A stretch of 64,000 nt of DNA, taken from positions 2,432,001 to 2,496,000 of the forward strand of contig CBDFGR010000003.1 in the NCBI GenBank assembly GCA_965247115.1, read 5' to 3'. This stretch comes from Myxococcota bacterium (GTDB lineage: Bacteria > Myxococcota_A > UBA9160 > SZUA-336). The position numbers and the translations under genes are program-made. This document shows positions 38,968 through 48,963 of the stretch, one piece after another (positions within the stretch are counted from its first letter, which is position 1; every line of letters starts with the position of its first letter). The notes beneath the pieces are model-generated. The model was not told where the DNA came from. It did no database searches and saw only the letters and a list, made by a program, of their open reading frames with translations.

Positions 38968-39687
38968 CTAGCCTCTCAGAACCGTCCTGTATCGTTGGTA
39001 CTCGGAATCTGGAAGCGATTCGACCATGACGCGTGCGGGCGTCCCAGAAGCTATTGACCGCGGGGGAATCGAATCTAGGACTACGGAGTTTGCCGCGATA
39101 ACGCTCTCGTGGCCTACCTCAACCGGTCCGAGAATCGCTGAGCCCGCGCAAACTATGACCCCGTCGCCGAGAGTCGGGCGGTGTAGGTTCCCGCTCCCAA
39201 CGCCAAGTGCGTCACCTACAGTGACACCCTGGTAGATCGTGACGTCCCGGCCAATCACGCAGCCTGAACCGATCACTGTTGAAAGGCCATGAATCAGCTT
39301 CAGCCCTGGTCCAATCTCGGCGGAGTAGTAGATCTCAGATCCAGTCATCGTTCGACCGAGGGCTGCGATGACATCTGGGATCTCGGGGACTTGGGCACGA
39401 TGTAGCTCGTGACTGAGTCGATAGAGATAGGTGGCGAGCAAGTTGGGAGCGAGCAGGAGCCGCTCAAAGAGATGCTCCGCGCTATCGAAGTTGGCCTGCC
39501 AGCGAGCCAAATCGGATTCGAATGCGGCAGCACTTGCAGCCACAGCTCCAACCCACTCCGGGTTTGCCCGAATTCTTCTCGGCGCGAGGAGACGCGTAAA
39601 CCGCTGGTAGGGCCCTGTAGCCAAGCACCCTCGGAGAAACCGACGAACCTTCCCGGGAAAGGCTGGCTTGTTCCACGATGACGGCAC
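38968..39687 (-). CDS. Serine O-acetyltransferase-like hexapeptide-repeat acyltransferase
   Basis: TGSEIYYSAEIGPGL.LIHG, IYQGVTVG, PTLGDGV and ANSVVL motifs. Confidence 0.85.
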   Translation of the reverse strand: MPSSWNKPAFPGKVRRFLRGCLATGPYQRFTRLLAPRRIRANPEWVGAVAASAAAFESDLARWQANFDSAEHLFERLLLAPNLLATYLYRLSHELHRAQVPEIPDVIAALGRTMTGSEIYYSAEIGPGLKLIHGLSTVIGSGCVIGRDVTIYQGVTVGDALGVGSGNLHRPTLGDGVIVCAGSAILGPVEVGHESVIAANSVVLDSIPPRSIASGTPARVMVESLPDSEYQRYRTVLRG

Positions 39688-39910
39688 GCTCTCTCCTCAG
39701 TTGGGGGCATCGTTTCACACTCTGGGCAACAAACGAGGTCGTCGCTTCGGCCCCCGGGACGGGAAGAGTGGATCGGACTATAGGCTGCCTGGGGGTGGAT
39801 TTCCGCAGTTCCTTCACTCCATGATACACTGAGACAGGAGTTTTCTTGCTGGGCTGTGACTCCATCCCGCGTACCAAGGTGACCCTCCTGGGGGCCCATC
39901 CAGACCTGGC

Positions 39911-41867
39911 ATGACAGAGACCATCCCAGAGATAGCCGACGACCTGTTCGCACAGGCAACGCTCATTCGCACGGTAGAACTTCGCCTGCTGGACCTGTTC
40001 TCCGAGGGAAAGCTCTCCGGCACCGTCCACACCTGCATAGGCCAGGAGTTCACTGGAATAGCCGTGTGCAGTTTCCTGGGGAACGACGATCTCATCTTCA
40101 GCAACCACCGGTGTCACGGGCACTTCCTTGCCCGCACCGGCGATGTAGACGGGCTGGTGGCGGAGGTCATGGGCAAGGAGTCCGGCGTCTGCGGGGGGCG
40201 GGGGGGCAGCCAGCATCTCTGCTCTTCGGGATTCTTCTCGAACGGTGTTCAGGGAAGCATCGTGCCTGTCGCGGCAGGTCTCGCATTGGCCAAGAAGCGA
40301 GACGGCGTAGGAGGAGTCGTAGTTGCCTTTATCGGAGATGGGACACTCGGTGAGGGCGTTCTCTATGAGACGCTCAACATAGCTTCCAAATGGCAACTGC
40401 CGCTTCTGATCGTCCTCGAGGACAACGGATACGCCCAGAGCACCCCGCAGAAGCAGTACATCTCGGGAGAGATACCTCTACGTGCGCGGGCGTTTGGGAT
40501 CGAGACTGGCACTACCGATACATGGGATCTCGAAGGTCTCTTCAACGACAGCAGAAAGGCGGTCGAGTTCGTCCGGCTCGAGGCAAGGCCGTATTTTCTC
40601 AAGATCCGATACGTATCGCCTTATGGCGCACTCGAAGGGCGATGACGATCGCGATCCCGGTGAGGTCCAAGGCTTCTGGGCAAGGGACCCCCTGACGCAG
40701 TTCCGTAGTCGTTCTCTAGATAAGGCTGACTCGTTTGAAGCGATCGCAACAAGTCGTGTTGAGGACGCTGTTGCTAGGGCGGAGAGCGCCTCGCACGCGA
40801 CGCTTCCCAAAGATCTGATACCCGTCGCATCCCGGAGTGTGGAGTGGCTACGAACTGACTTTGATTCACGCGACCGCGTGGTCAACAGGATCCACGCGGC
40901 CCTCAGGGCACGCCTGGAAGCGGACGAACGTGTATTCATCCTCGGCGAAGACATCGAGGGCCCGTATGGTGGGGCGTTCAAGGTAACCAAGGACTTGAGC
41001 TTGGAGTTTCCTGGGCGGCTCCGGAATACACCGATAAGCGAGGCCGCGATAGTCGGAATCGGCGCCGGCCTTGCCCTCGCCGGAAAGCTCCCCGTGTGCG
41101 AAGTGATGTTTGGTGACTTCCTGGCGCTCGCCTTTGACCAGATTCTCAACTCGGCCGCCAAGTTCAACTTCATGTACAACGAGCAGGTGGAGACTCCGCT
41201 CGTTATTCGCGCACCGATGGGGGGGAGGCGTGGGTACGGCCCAACCCACAGTCAGTCGATCGAAAAGCACTTCATGGGGATACCCGGAACGGTCGTTGTT
41301 GCGCCACATCACCGGTACGACCCAGCTCTGCTGTACGAGAGGATCCTGACGACCTGCAAGCGGCCCACGCTCGTAATCGAGAACAAGCTCCTCTACGGAG
41401 AGCGTATATCACCGGAGGTCGAGGACCAGTTCACCCTCGAGCACTCGAACGAGGGCCTCCCAACAACACGCATCCGCCCCGGAGTCGACCCCGATCTGAC
41501 GATAGTCTGCTACGGGGGAATGCTCCGCCAGGTAGAAGCCGCATTGGCGCCGCTCTTCGAGGACTACGAGATCCTTTGCGAAGTGCTGTGCCCGACCCAG
41601 CTTTACCCCTTGAACGCCGGCCCGATCCTCGACTCGGTGCGGCAGACGAGGCGTCTCCTGGTGGTGGAAGAGGGGATCGGTTTCGCCGCTTTTGGCTCCG
41701 AGGTGATTGCCCAGCTATGTGAGCTTCTAGGTCCGCTCCCGTTCAATGTGCGAAGACTCGCCAGTGCACCTGTGCCAATTCCCAGCTCCCCTCCTCTGGA
41801 AAGAGCTGTACTTCCGGGGACCGAGGACGTCGTCGAGGCAGCCCGCGCGACGGTCGGCGATGCCTAG
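39911..41867 (+). pseudogene. 2-oxoacid dehydrogenase E1 alpha+beta fusion with a +1 frameshift (lesion or sequencing error)
   Basis: GTVHTCIGQE, SNHRCHGH, GDGTLGEG..EDN; extra C at ~40607 (AAG ATC C GAT ACG TAT CGC) restores KIDTYRLMAHSKGDD; beta part has GEDI, NTPISE and GPTHSQ. Confidence 0.85.
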
Positions 41868-43149
41868 TTCGGTCGAAGTAAGAGCGCCTCGTGAGAATGT
41901 GAATGACGAGTTTATAACTGTAGTGAAGTGGTACGTAAGGAGCGGAGATCACGTAGAGAAGGACCAGCTCATTGTGGAGGTGGAAAGCAGCAAAGCGATC
42001 CTAGAGCTGACGTCCCCTGCTGCTGGCTTTGTTCTGGTCCACTGCGAAGAGGATGTCGATGTGGCCATCGGAACCGTATTGTGCGAGATCGGCGAGTCGC
42101 GATACTCGTCCGTCGACTCGGCGGTAGGGGCGAAGGAGAGCTCGGAAGAGCGACATCCCCGTTTCAGCAAGAAGGCAAGTGAGCTGATCGCTGCGCGCTG
42201 TATAGGATCTGAGGCGTTTGAAGGGCTCCAGTTCGTTCGCGAACGGGACGTGTTCGCTGCGGTAGGGGAGGCACCTGATCCAGGGTCTCGAGTGGAACGG
42301 GGAGGGCGCTCGCGGAAGGCGAGGGCGTCCGACGAGTGCGGGGGAGTTCCCTACACCACTCAAAGACTCTCGCCGAGCAAACGAGCTGAGGGGCGACTTC
42401 TCCGCACGGCGCGAGACCAGAGCGTCCAAGCGGGAGTCACGACTTCGATCCGAGTGCCCGGTCTGATGGAGGGTGCCCGCGCTCATCCTCACATGGGCGG
42501 CAGCATCACCCCGCTCTTGGTCTATGAGGTTGCTCGCCTCTTGCGAAAGTACCCGATCTTGAATGCATTCTGCGACGGTGATTCCGCATGCTTGTATGAG
42601 GATGTGAACGTGGGCGTCGCCGTTGACTCTGGTGAGAGCCTGAGAGTTCCTGTGATTCATCGCGCCGACGCCAGGGGCCTTGCTGCGATCTCGCAGGATG
42701 TACGGGAGGCGCTGGTCGACTATGTAGAGGGTCGGTTGACGCCTGAGCAGGTGACTGGAGGTACGTTCACGATCGCGGATTTATCTGGCGAAGGAGTCTT
42801 GCTGAATCACCCAGTTCTCAATCAGGATCAGTCGGCAATCCTTGGAGTGGGAAGCGATCGAGGACGGGATGACGTGGATATCCTCAACTTCACACTTGCC
42901 TACGACCACCGGCTTACAGAGGGGGTTACGGCAACCCGTTTCCTCAGAGACCTCGAACACCGTCTGGTCGGTCACCAAGAAGCGCTTCGACAGATCGCAG
43001 GTGACGAGTTCGCAAGCGGTGAACCCACGTGTCAACGTTGTTTCCGGGGCGTTGCAGAGCTCGAACGCCAAAATCACTTCGTGGTTCAGACACTGGGTCG
43101 AGACGGCCAGACGGTGCCCATTTGCTCCTCTTGCCTGCAGGGCTGGTGA
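41860..43149 (+). CDS. Dihydrolipoamide acyltransferase (E2)-like with C-terminal CxxC...CxxC
   Basis: Lipoyl domain VEVESSKA; subunit-binding-like PRFSKKA..VRERDV; GGTFTI, YDHRLTEG; CQRC..CSSC. Confidence 0.85.
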   Translation: MPSSVEVRAPRENVNDEFITVVKWYVRSGDHVEKDQLIVEVESSKAILELTSPAAGFVLVHCEEDVDVAIGTVLCEIGESRYSSVDSAVGAKESSEERHPRFSKKASELIAARCIGSEAFEGLQFVRERDVFAAVGEAPDPGSRVERGGRSRKARASDECGGVPYTTQRLSPSKRAEGRLLRTARDQSVQAGVTTSIRVPGLMEGARAHPHMGGSITPLLVYEVARLLRKYPILNAFCDGDSACLYEDVNVGVAVDSGESLRVPVIHRADARGLAAISQDVREALVDYVEGRLTPEQVTGGTFTIADLSGEGVLLNHPVLNQDQSAILGVGSDRGRDDVDILNFTLAYDHRLTEGVTATRFLRDLEHRLVGHQEALRQIAGDEFASGEPTCQRCFRGVAELERQNHFVVQTLGRDGQTVPICSSCLQGW

Positions 43150-43970
43150 TGAGCGTCCCCGACTCACTCCGCGCCGCGGTTGCCGAATTCTTCAACGTTG
43201 ATTCGGAATTGATCACGGACGACTTCCCTCTCTCAGGCCCTCGGCTCGTCAACTCGATTGCGCGCGCGAAACTTGATGCTGTGATTCGACGCCGGACAGG
43301 CCTCCGATCCGATGCCGCCTATGTCGCTCACACCTATGGAGAACTGGAGGGTCGTCTCCTTCGCCCTCATGCAGTTCAGGTGCCCGGAGATTCTGAAGCA
43401 AGCGTTGCTCGGCATACCGGCGTCTCGGTTCCAGTCTTCCAGGCAGGTCTCTCGTGCGGCATCGACATCGAGGACATCGAGAACCTTCCCGAGGCCAGTG
43501 ACTACTGGGAAGATGACTTCTACAAAGCCAACTTCTCTCCGGCCGAGATCGCCTACTGCGTGGCCCAAGATGATCCACGTGAACACTTCGCAGTGAGGTG
43601 GGCAGCGAAGGAAGCGCTGGCTAAATGCGATCGGCAGCTGGTCGCCGCAGGCTTCGCGGGGGTTGAGATGGTGTCGTCATCTCAGGCAGCACCAACTATG
43701 CGAAATAGCGCGACTAAGCAGTCTCTGCCGGTAGCCGTCAGCGTCTCTCACAGTGCTCGTGCCGCGGTTGCCATCGTAGTTTGGGGAGGTGGGACCACCA
43801 AGGTAGAGACGATCAGTGGACCGCCCGACGAAGGCGAGTCTACCGATCTGAGTAAAGAGGATGACGGCAGGGCGGGCCTGATCTCTTGTCAACGGAAAAC
43901 TAGGTGGCCTGTTGCAGCCGTTGTCGCGGTCGTTGGAGTCTCGATCTACGCTCTCTGGCTGGCCCGCTAG
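43149..43970 (+). CDS. Acyl-carrier-like domain fused to a holo-ACP synthase (AcpS-type PPTase) with C-terminal TM
   Basis: ACP-like N-terminus (LVNSIARAKL); GIDIE, FSPAEIAYC, RWAAKEA and VSVSHS motifs; hydrophobic tail; TGATG overlap with E2. Confidence 0.8.
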   Translation: MSVPDSLRAAVAEFFNVDSELITDDFPLSGPRLVNSIARAKLDAVIRRRTGLRSDAAYVAHTYGELEGRLLRPHAVQVPGDSEASVARHTGVSVPVFQAGLSCGIDIEDIENLPEASDYWEDDFYKANFSPAEIAYCVAQDDPREHFAVRWAAKEALAKCDRQLVAAGFAGVEMVSSSQAAPTMRNSATKQSLPVAVSVSHSARAAVAIVVWGGGTTKVETISGPPDEGESTDLSKEDDGRAGLISCQRKTRWPVAAVVAVVGVSIYALWLAR

Positions 43971-43995
43971 GCCGCCACCAGTTTAATGCGTTGTC

Positions 43996-45042
43996 TCATA
44001 GGTTAGTCCTCATGCGCTCCGCGTCGGCATCGAGATCTCCAGTAAGTCTCGAGAGCCAGGCGAGCCGATTGCGAAGCCACACGCGCAGCTCGATCCTGCG
44101 CCTCAGTCCCGAACTCGACGCGAGCTGGGCCGACTTCCGCATGCGCTCGAGAAGGAAGTATAGGTAGGCGAGGAGCGCAAAGGACGCCGAGCTCCCATGC
44201 AGCGTGTACTCGTCCCAGAATGTTTGCCAGAGCTCCGATGCGCGGCGGCCGGCGGCTGCGGTGCGAACGCCGTCGTATTCGAGCGCATGGTGCATGCACG
44301 AGACGTCGTGCTCCATAGGGCCGAAACCGAAGCCCTCCATGTCGAGCGCATAGAGAACGCCGTCGACTCCCATTAGGAAGTTCTTCGGCCTCGCGTCCCC
44401 GCGGGTCGGGTATTCGCGGTGCATGCGAGCGACGTCTGCGTCTCCGAGTCGTCGCACGTACCTCTCCACGTGGCGCACGAGGTGCTCCAATTCATCGGCC
44501 GCCCCCAGAGCGGACTTCAACGCCCCGGCGCGCTCCCGGATCTTGTCAAGGTAAGTGAAGGGATCGAGGCCCCCGTCTGCGCGAGCACCCCGGGCGCGAA
44601 ACACTCCGAGCCAACGAGCGATGTGTCTCGCTTGGCCGCGAGCCTCCTCGACGGGGCGCGAGCGATGCCAGCCGAGCACGGCTCGATCGATGATCGTTCG
44701 GGTGAGCTCTCCAGGTTGGTATCGGGTGACCAGGAAATTGGGACCGGTCCCCCACCCGAGGGGCTGCACGACCCCCAGATCGGCGGTCGAATCTGAAGTG
44801 ATCTCACTGAGAAGCCCCGTGGCGAACTCCAAGGCTTTCTGCTCGTGCGCCGGCGAGTAAGGGTCGGAGTCCACTTTCACCACGTAGAGAGGATCGGGGG
44901 CTCCCCGCGTCGCGACGTAGAAGATCATGCTCTTGTAGTGCCGTGTCTTGAATCTTCGGGGAAGAACCTGCATGTCGGCCTCCCTGCAATCGAGATCGGC
45001 GGCGCAGATCTCGATTGCCTCGGGCGGTAGTCGTGTGGTCAT
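43996..45042 (-). CDS. Protein-kinase-like (APH family) phosphotransferase
   Basis: YVVKV, RGDARPKNFL and LDME motifs. Confidence 0.7.
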   Translation of the reverse strand: MTTRLPPEAIEICAADLDCREADMQVLPRRFKTRHYKSMIFYVATRGAPDPLYVVKVDSDPYSPAHEQKALEFATGLLSEITSDSTADLGVVQPLGWGTGPNFLVTRYQPGELTRTIIDRAVLGWHRSRPVEEARGQARHIARWLGVFRARGARADGGLDPFTYLDKIRERAGALKSALGAADELEHLVRHVERYVRRLGDADVARMHREYPTRGDARPKNFLMGVDGVLYALDMEGFGFGPMEHDVSCMHHALEYDGVRTAAAGRRASELWQTFWDEYTLHGSSASFALLAYLYFLLERMRKSAQLASSSGLRRRIELRVWLRNRLAWLSRLTGDLDADAERMRTNL

Positions 45043-45397
45043 CCCATTCCTTGTCCGCGCAACTTCCTATCCGACCTCCGAGCCAACAATATCCCGTACT
45101 CATCTGAGTCTCTACACGGCTCCTAGGACGCTCAGCCATCCTGCATTCTGATGGACTCTAGTCTAGGCTACCGGCAAGCTGTTGGTGATTCTGTGAAGGC
45201 TCAGGAGCTTTCGGAGAGCATCCTGCTAGCCGACGGATCAAGATGTCTATGAATCGTGCCGAGGTGGGCGAGCTATTGATTCCCCGCAGACCGGAATCGC
45301 TTCGGACGCCCGATCGCACGGGAAGCGAGAGGGTCTCTGAGGCAAGGTCGAACTCTCGCAATGGATCCAACCGGATGAAAACCCTCGGTTTGGGCGA

Positions 45398-46780
45398 ATG
45401 AGGTCGAACGAGTGCATTCCGGGGCACAACTCTCCGCCGAGGTACACCGCTCGAGAAGTCGGCAGCCTTCTCGTCCTTCTGATCGGGATCGCGATAGTCG
45501 GATCCAGCCTCGTACTCAACCCGTGGATCGCTCGACTGTGGCAAGGTCCCTTCGTAGTCGACAAGATTGACGTTCTCTGGAAATACTTCGTTTCGAGCCT
45601 CACCCTTGGCTCCGCGACTGTAGTTCTAAGCTGGGCGCTCCGACGATCCCTGGCGAGGCGGATCGACAAGCTTACAGTGCTCTTTGTGATCTGCACGGCG
45701 ATCTTTCTCGGAGATCGACTTCTGCTGGTTAGGTCCGGCTTACCACTCTGGACCTACGACTCGCAGCTCCACTTCCGCCACCGTCCAGGTGCGGTGCGAA
45801 CCTTGAAGCAATCGAGGCCACCGGGAGATCTGATCCGTATAAACTCTCATGGCTTCCACGACGAAGAATTCGATGAAGAGAAGGGTCGGCGTGAGTTGCG
45901 GGGACTCGTGATCGGGGACTCAGTGACGATGGCATACGGCCTTACCTATAGAGAGACGTTTAGTTCGCACCTCGAGCGACTCCTTGAGACTAATATCGAG
46001 TTCTATTCCTCGTTTCAGATAATCAACACAGGAGTCCATGGCTACGGAACCTCGCAGGAAGTACAAGTACTTCGAGATGCGATGCGATTTGATCCGGACT
46101 TCATCGTCGTTGGTTTCTGCATGAATGACGTGACTGAACCGTTCGTAGTTCGACGCGGGCTCGGAGGTGTTGGCTTCGACTACCATGGAATTCGAGAGGC
46201 CGCAAATCCTTTGTACGGTTATCTCGTCAACGAGACGGGACTGGGCCGGTTCACTCTGCAACTAAAGTGGCGTGCACGGAGGCTCGAGGCAGCCAAACTG
46301 CAAGAGGTCTGGGATGTTAGACAGATGTCCCAGAGCTCTCGACTAGATCCGCCATTCGACAGAGCGTGGGAACTCGTACTGTCGGATCTGGAAGAGATGT
46401 ATGAACTCGCCCAGATCCACGACATCCCAATCGTTCTGTTGATCTTTCCGCTCAGCTTTCAGCTGGTTGACGATCAGCTCCGAATGCCCCAGGAGGTCCT
46501 CAAGGGTCATGCGGCAGATCAAGGAGTCGAGGTTATCGACCTCACCGATAGGTTCAGCGAGCTTGTGTTCTCGGATACGGAGACACTTACTTTCTTACGT
46601 CGGAGGGGCTACGGAGCGGAGGAGATCGAGCAGTTCTTTCAGTGGAGAATCAGTACCTACTTCCTTGACGCTGACCACTTCACCGACGTAGGGCACCAGG
46701 TCATCGCGGAAGCTGTCTTTAACTACCTAAGTACGGATCTGCTGAGTTCGAAACGAGAACCAGTAGGCCCTGCATCTTGA
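45398..46780 (+). CDS. Membrane-bound SGNH/GDSL hydrolase family protein
   Basis: Three TMs; INSHGF.D, IGDSVT, NTGVHGYGT.QE, CMND and DADHFT..GH motifs. Confidence 0.85.
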   Translation: MRSNECIPGHNSPPRYTAREVGSLLVLLIGIAIVGSSLVLNPWIARLWQGPFVVDKIDVLWKYFVSSLTLGSATVVLSWALRRSLARRIDKLTVLFVICTAIFLGDRLLLVRSGLPLWTYDSQLHFRHRPGAVRTLKQSRPPGDLIRINSHGFHDEEFDEEKGRRELRGLVIGDSVTMAYGLTYRETFSSHLERLLETNIEFYSSFQIINTGVHGYGTSQEVQVLRDAMRFDPDFIVVGFCMNDVTEPFVVRRGLGGVGFDYHGIREAANPLYGYLVNETGLGRFTLQLKWRARRLEAAKLQEVWDVRQMSQSSRLDPPFDRAWELVLSDLEEMYELAQIHDIPIVLLIFPLSFQLVDDQLRMPQEVLKGHAADQGVEVIDLTDRFSELVFSDTETLTFLRRRGYGAEEIEQFFQWRISTYFLDADHFTDVGHQVIAEAVFNYLSTDLLSSKREPVGPAS

Positions 46781-47331
46781 TAATGATTCGGTCGCACGGT
46801 CAGTGATATGCCTGTAGAAGACTCGCCGATATCCGTTCCCGTTCGCAGGTTTCTCGGCGGTTGCGTGCATGCCGCTACCATGGAACAGGCGGTGGAGATC
46901 TGCCGTGGCGCGATAGCCGGCAAAGGCGGTCTTACGATAGCTGTTGTCAATGCTGCGAAGCTCGTCAACATGCGACATGACCCCGCTCTGCGGGAGGCTG
47001 TTCGCTCGGCCGGGCTGATTCTGGCCGATGGAATCGGCGTGGTCTGGGCGAGTCGCCTATTGGGCGCGCCACTCCCTGAGCGCGTAACTGGAATCGATCT
47101 CTTCCTCGAACTCCTGGAGCTCGCTGATCGCGAGCGGTTGTCAGTCTACTTCTTGGGTGCCAAGACGCTAGTCCTCGAAGACATGCTTCGGCGAGTGCGC
47201 GAACGTCACGTGGGCCTCCGCGTGGCCGGCCATCGCGATGGCTACTTCGGGGCCGAAGAGGCAGAAGAGGTGGCGCATGAGATCAGTGCGGCGGACGCCG
47301 ACATCCTATTCGTAGGCATCTCCACCCCTAA

Positions 47332-48606
47332 CAGGCTGCGGAGAAAGTGACTGGTTGAGGGGTGGTCCTTCCGACGAGGGGGTTCACCGGCCGAGGGGCG
47401 GGGCGCGATTCCCGGTTCGAACCGGTCTTGGGCTCCGCTGATCGCGGGGCGGTTTCGCACATGACCTACGTGGCCTCCAGCAGCTTGCGGATCCGGATCA
47501 GGTTGTAGGCTGCGGCCGTGAAGGTGAAGACCCAGCCGACCCGATCCGTGCCGCGGTGTCGGGTCTTGCGCATCAGCCCCACGGTCTTCATCCAGCCGAA
47601 GACCTCTTCCACCCGTTTGCGAAAACGCTGACTCAGTTCGTAGCCCCGGTGGCGCGTCGTCCGCCCGTCGATCGCGCTGCGTCGATTCGTCGTGTTCTGC
47701 GCCACGTGTGGGGTCACGCCCAACTCTCGAAGCTCTTCCACGAACCCCTTCGTGTCGAAGCCCTTGTCTCCGCCCAATGTCCTCCGACGCCCGCCTCCCA
47801 GACCTTCCACCATCTCGAGCGCCGCTTCGCGCTCCGCATATCCCGACGCCTGCGTGAGCTTCGCCGCGACCACCAAGCCGTTCCGGTTCTCCGTCACCAC
47901 GTGTCCCTGGTACGCGAGTCGGGCGCCTTGGCCTCTCATACCGGCGAGTCGTGCGTCGGGATCCGTCGTCGACGCATGCGTCTGGTTGCTCCGCTTCTCG
48001 CCTCGGAAGTTCACCGTCGGGTTGCCCGGGTCATCGTCGTCTCTCCGTTCCTCGTCCTTCCGTACGAAGCTCTTCTGGCTCGCCCACGCCTCGATCAGCG
48101 TCCCGTCTACCGTGAAGTGCTCCAACGACACCCATCCCTCGGTCTCGGCCTGCTCCAGCACTGCGTCGAAGAAGTGCTCGGCAATCTCGCCCTTGAGCAG
48201 CCGGTCTCGGTTCTTCGTGAACACCGTGGCGCTGAACACCACCTCGTCAAGCTCCAGACCCACGAACCAGCGATACAGCAGGTTGTACTCCAGCTGCTCC
48301 ACCAGCTGCCGCTCGCTCCGGATGGTGTAGAGCACCTGCAGCAGCAGGGCGCGCAGCAGCTGCTCCGGGGGCACGGACGGGCGCCCTACGCCTCTGGCGT
48401 AGATCGCGTCGAAGCGCGGCGATAGCCGCTGCAGCGCCGTGTCGACCATGCGCCGCATCGCTCGAAGCGGATGATCATCCGGAATCCGCGACTCCAGCGA
48501 CACGTAGCTGAACATCCCGCCCTGAAGCGTCCCCTGTCCTCTCACGCCTCCCCCTTTGGGGCTCGCTCCCAAGGTACCCTTCGATGAGGAGTTTTTCAGC
48601 AGCCTG
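47332..48606 (-). mobile_element. IS5-family (DUF772/DDE) insertion sequence, 1275 bp
   Basis: TIRs CAGGCTGCGGAGAAAGT / CAGGCTGCTGAAAAACT (14/17 match); CTAA target duplication at 47328-47331 and 48607-48610. Confidence 0.93.
47466..48545 (-). CDS. IS5-family transposase
   Basis: MFSYVSLE.RIP.DHPLR, GRPSVPPE, VDGT, GDKGFD, RKRVEEVFGW and YNL motifs; GGGAGG RBS before GTG. Confidence 0.93.
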   Translation of the reverse strand: MRGQGTLQGGMFSYVSLESRIPDDHPLRAMRRMVDTALQRLSPRFDAIYARGVGRPSVPPEQLLRALLLQVLYTIRSERQLVEQLEYNLLYRWFVGLELDEVVFSATVFTKNRDRLLKGEIAEHFFDAVLEQAETEGWVSLEHFTVDGTLIEAWASQKSFVRKDEERRDDDDPGNPTVNFRGEKRSNQTHASTTDPDARLAGMRGQGARLAYQGHVVTENRNGLVVAAKLTQASGYAEREAALEMVEGLGGGRRRTLGGDKGFDTKGFVEELRELGVTPHVAQNTTNRRSAIDGRTTRHRGYELSQRFRKRVEEVFGWMKTVGLMRKTRHRGTDRVGWVFTFTAAAYNLIRIRKLLEAT

Positions 48607-48963
48607 CTAAGAAGGAGCTGTTTCTGAGGCGGTACGGCGCGCGCATGGGGGTCGGAGTTTCGCATGGTGTGGGGGGTGCCTTCGACATCCTTGCCGGAAA
48701 GACTCGCCGTGCTCCAGTTGCTTGGCAACAGCTTGGTCTCGAGTGGCTCTATCGCCTGTGGCAAGAGCCGCGCCGTATGTTGAAACGGTACGCCATCACC
48801 AACACCCGCTTTATCGCGATGGTGGCGGCAGAGTGGATTCGCCGGAGATTGCAACACTAGTCATGAGATACGTTGAGGAACTGTGGATGGTCGGCCGCGC
48901 GCAGGCGCGACTGTGGTCAGCTTCGACCTCCGTTGGTGCGAGCGCGCTGTAACGTGGAACGTC

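Larger units (their letters stand above)
46808..48860 (+). pseudogene. WecG/TagA/CpsF family glycosyltransferase interrupted by an IS
   Basis: 5' part: VNAAK, ADGIGVVWAS, ERVTGIDL, FVGISTP; 3' part: KKE..GVGGAFD, RAP..GLEWLYRL.QEPRR; removing the IS and one CTAA restores the frame. Confidence 0.92.

Noticed and set aside
48546..48857. N-terminal extension of the 463-aa transposase ORF
   Set aside because: It runs past the IS terminal repeat into the antisense of the interrupted gene; the true start is likely 48545.
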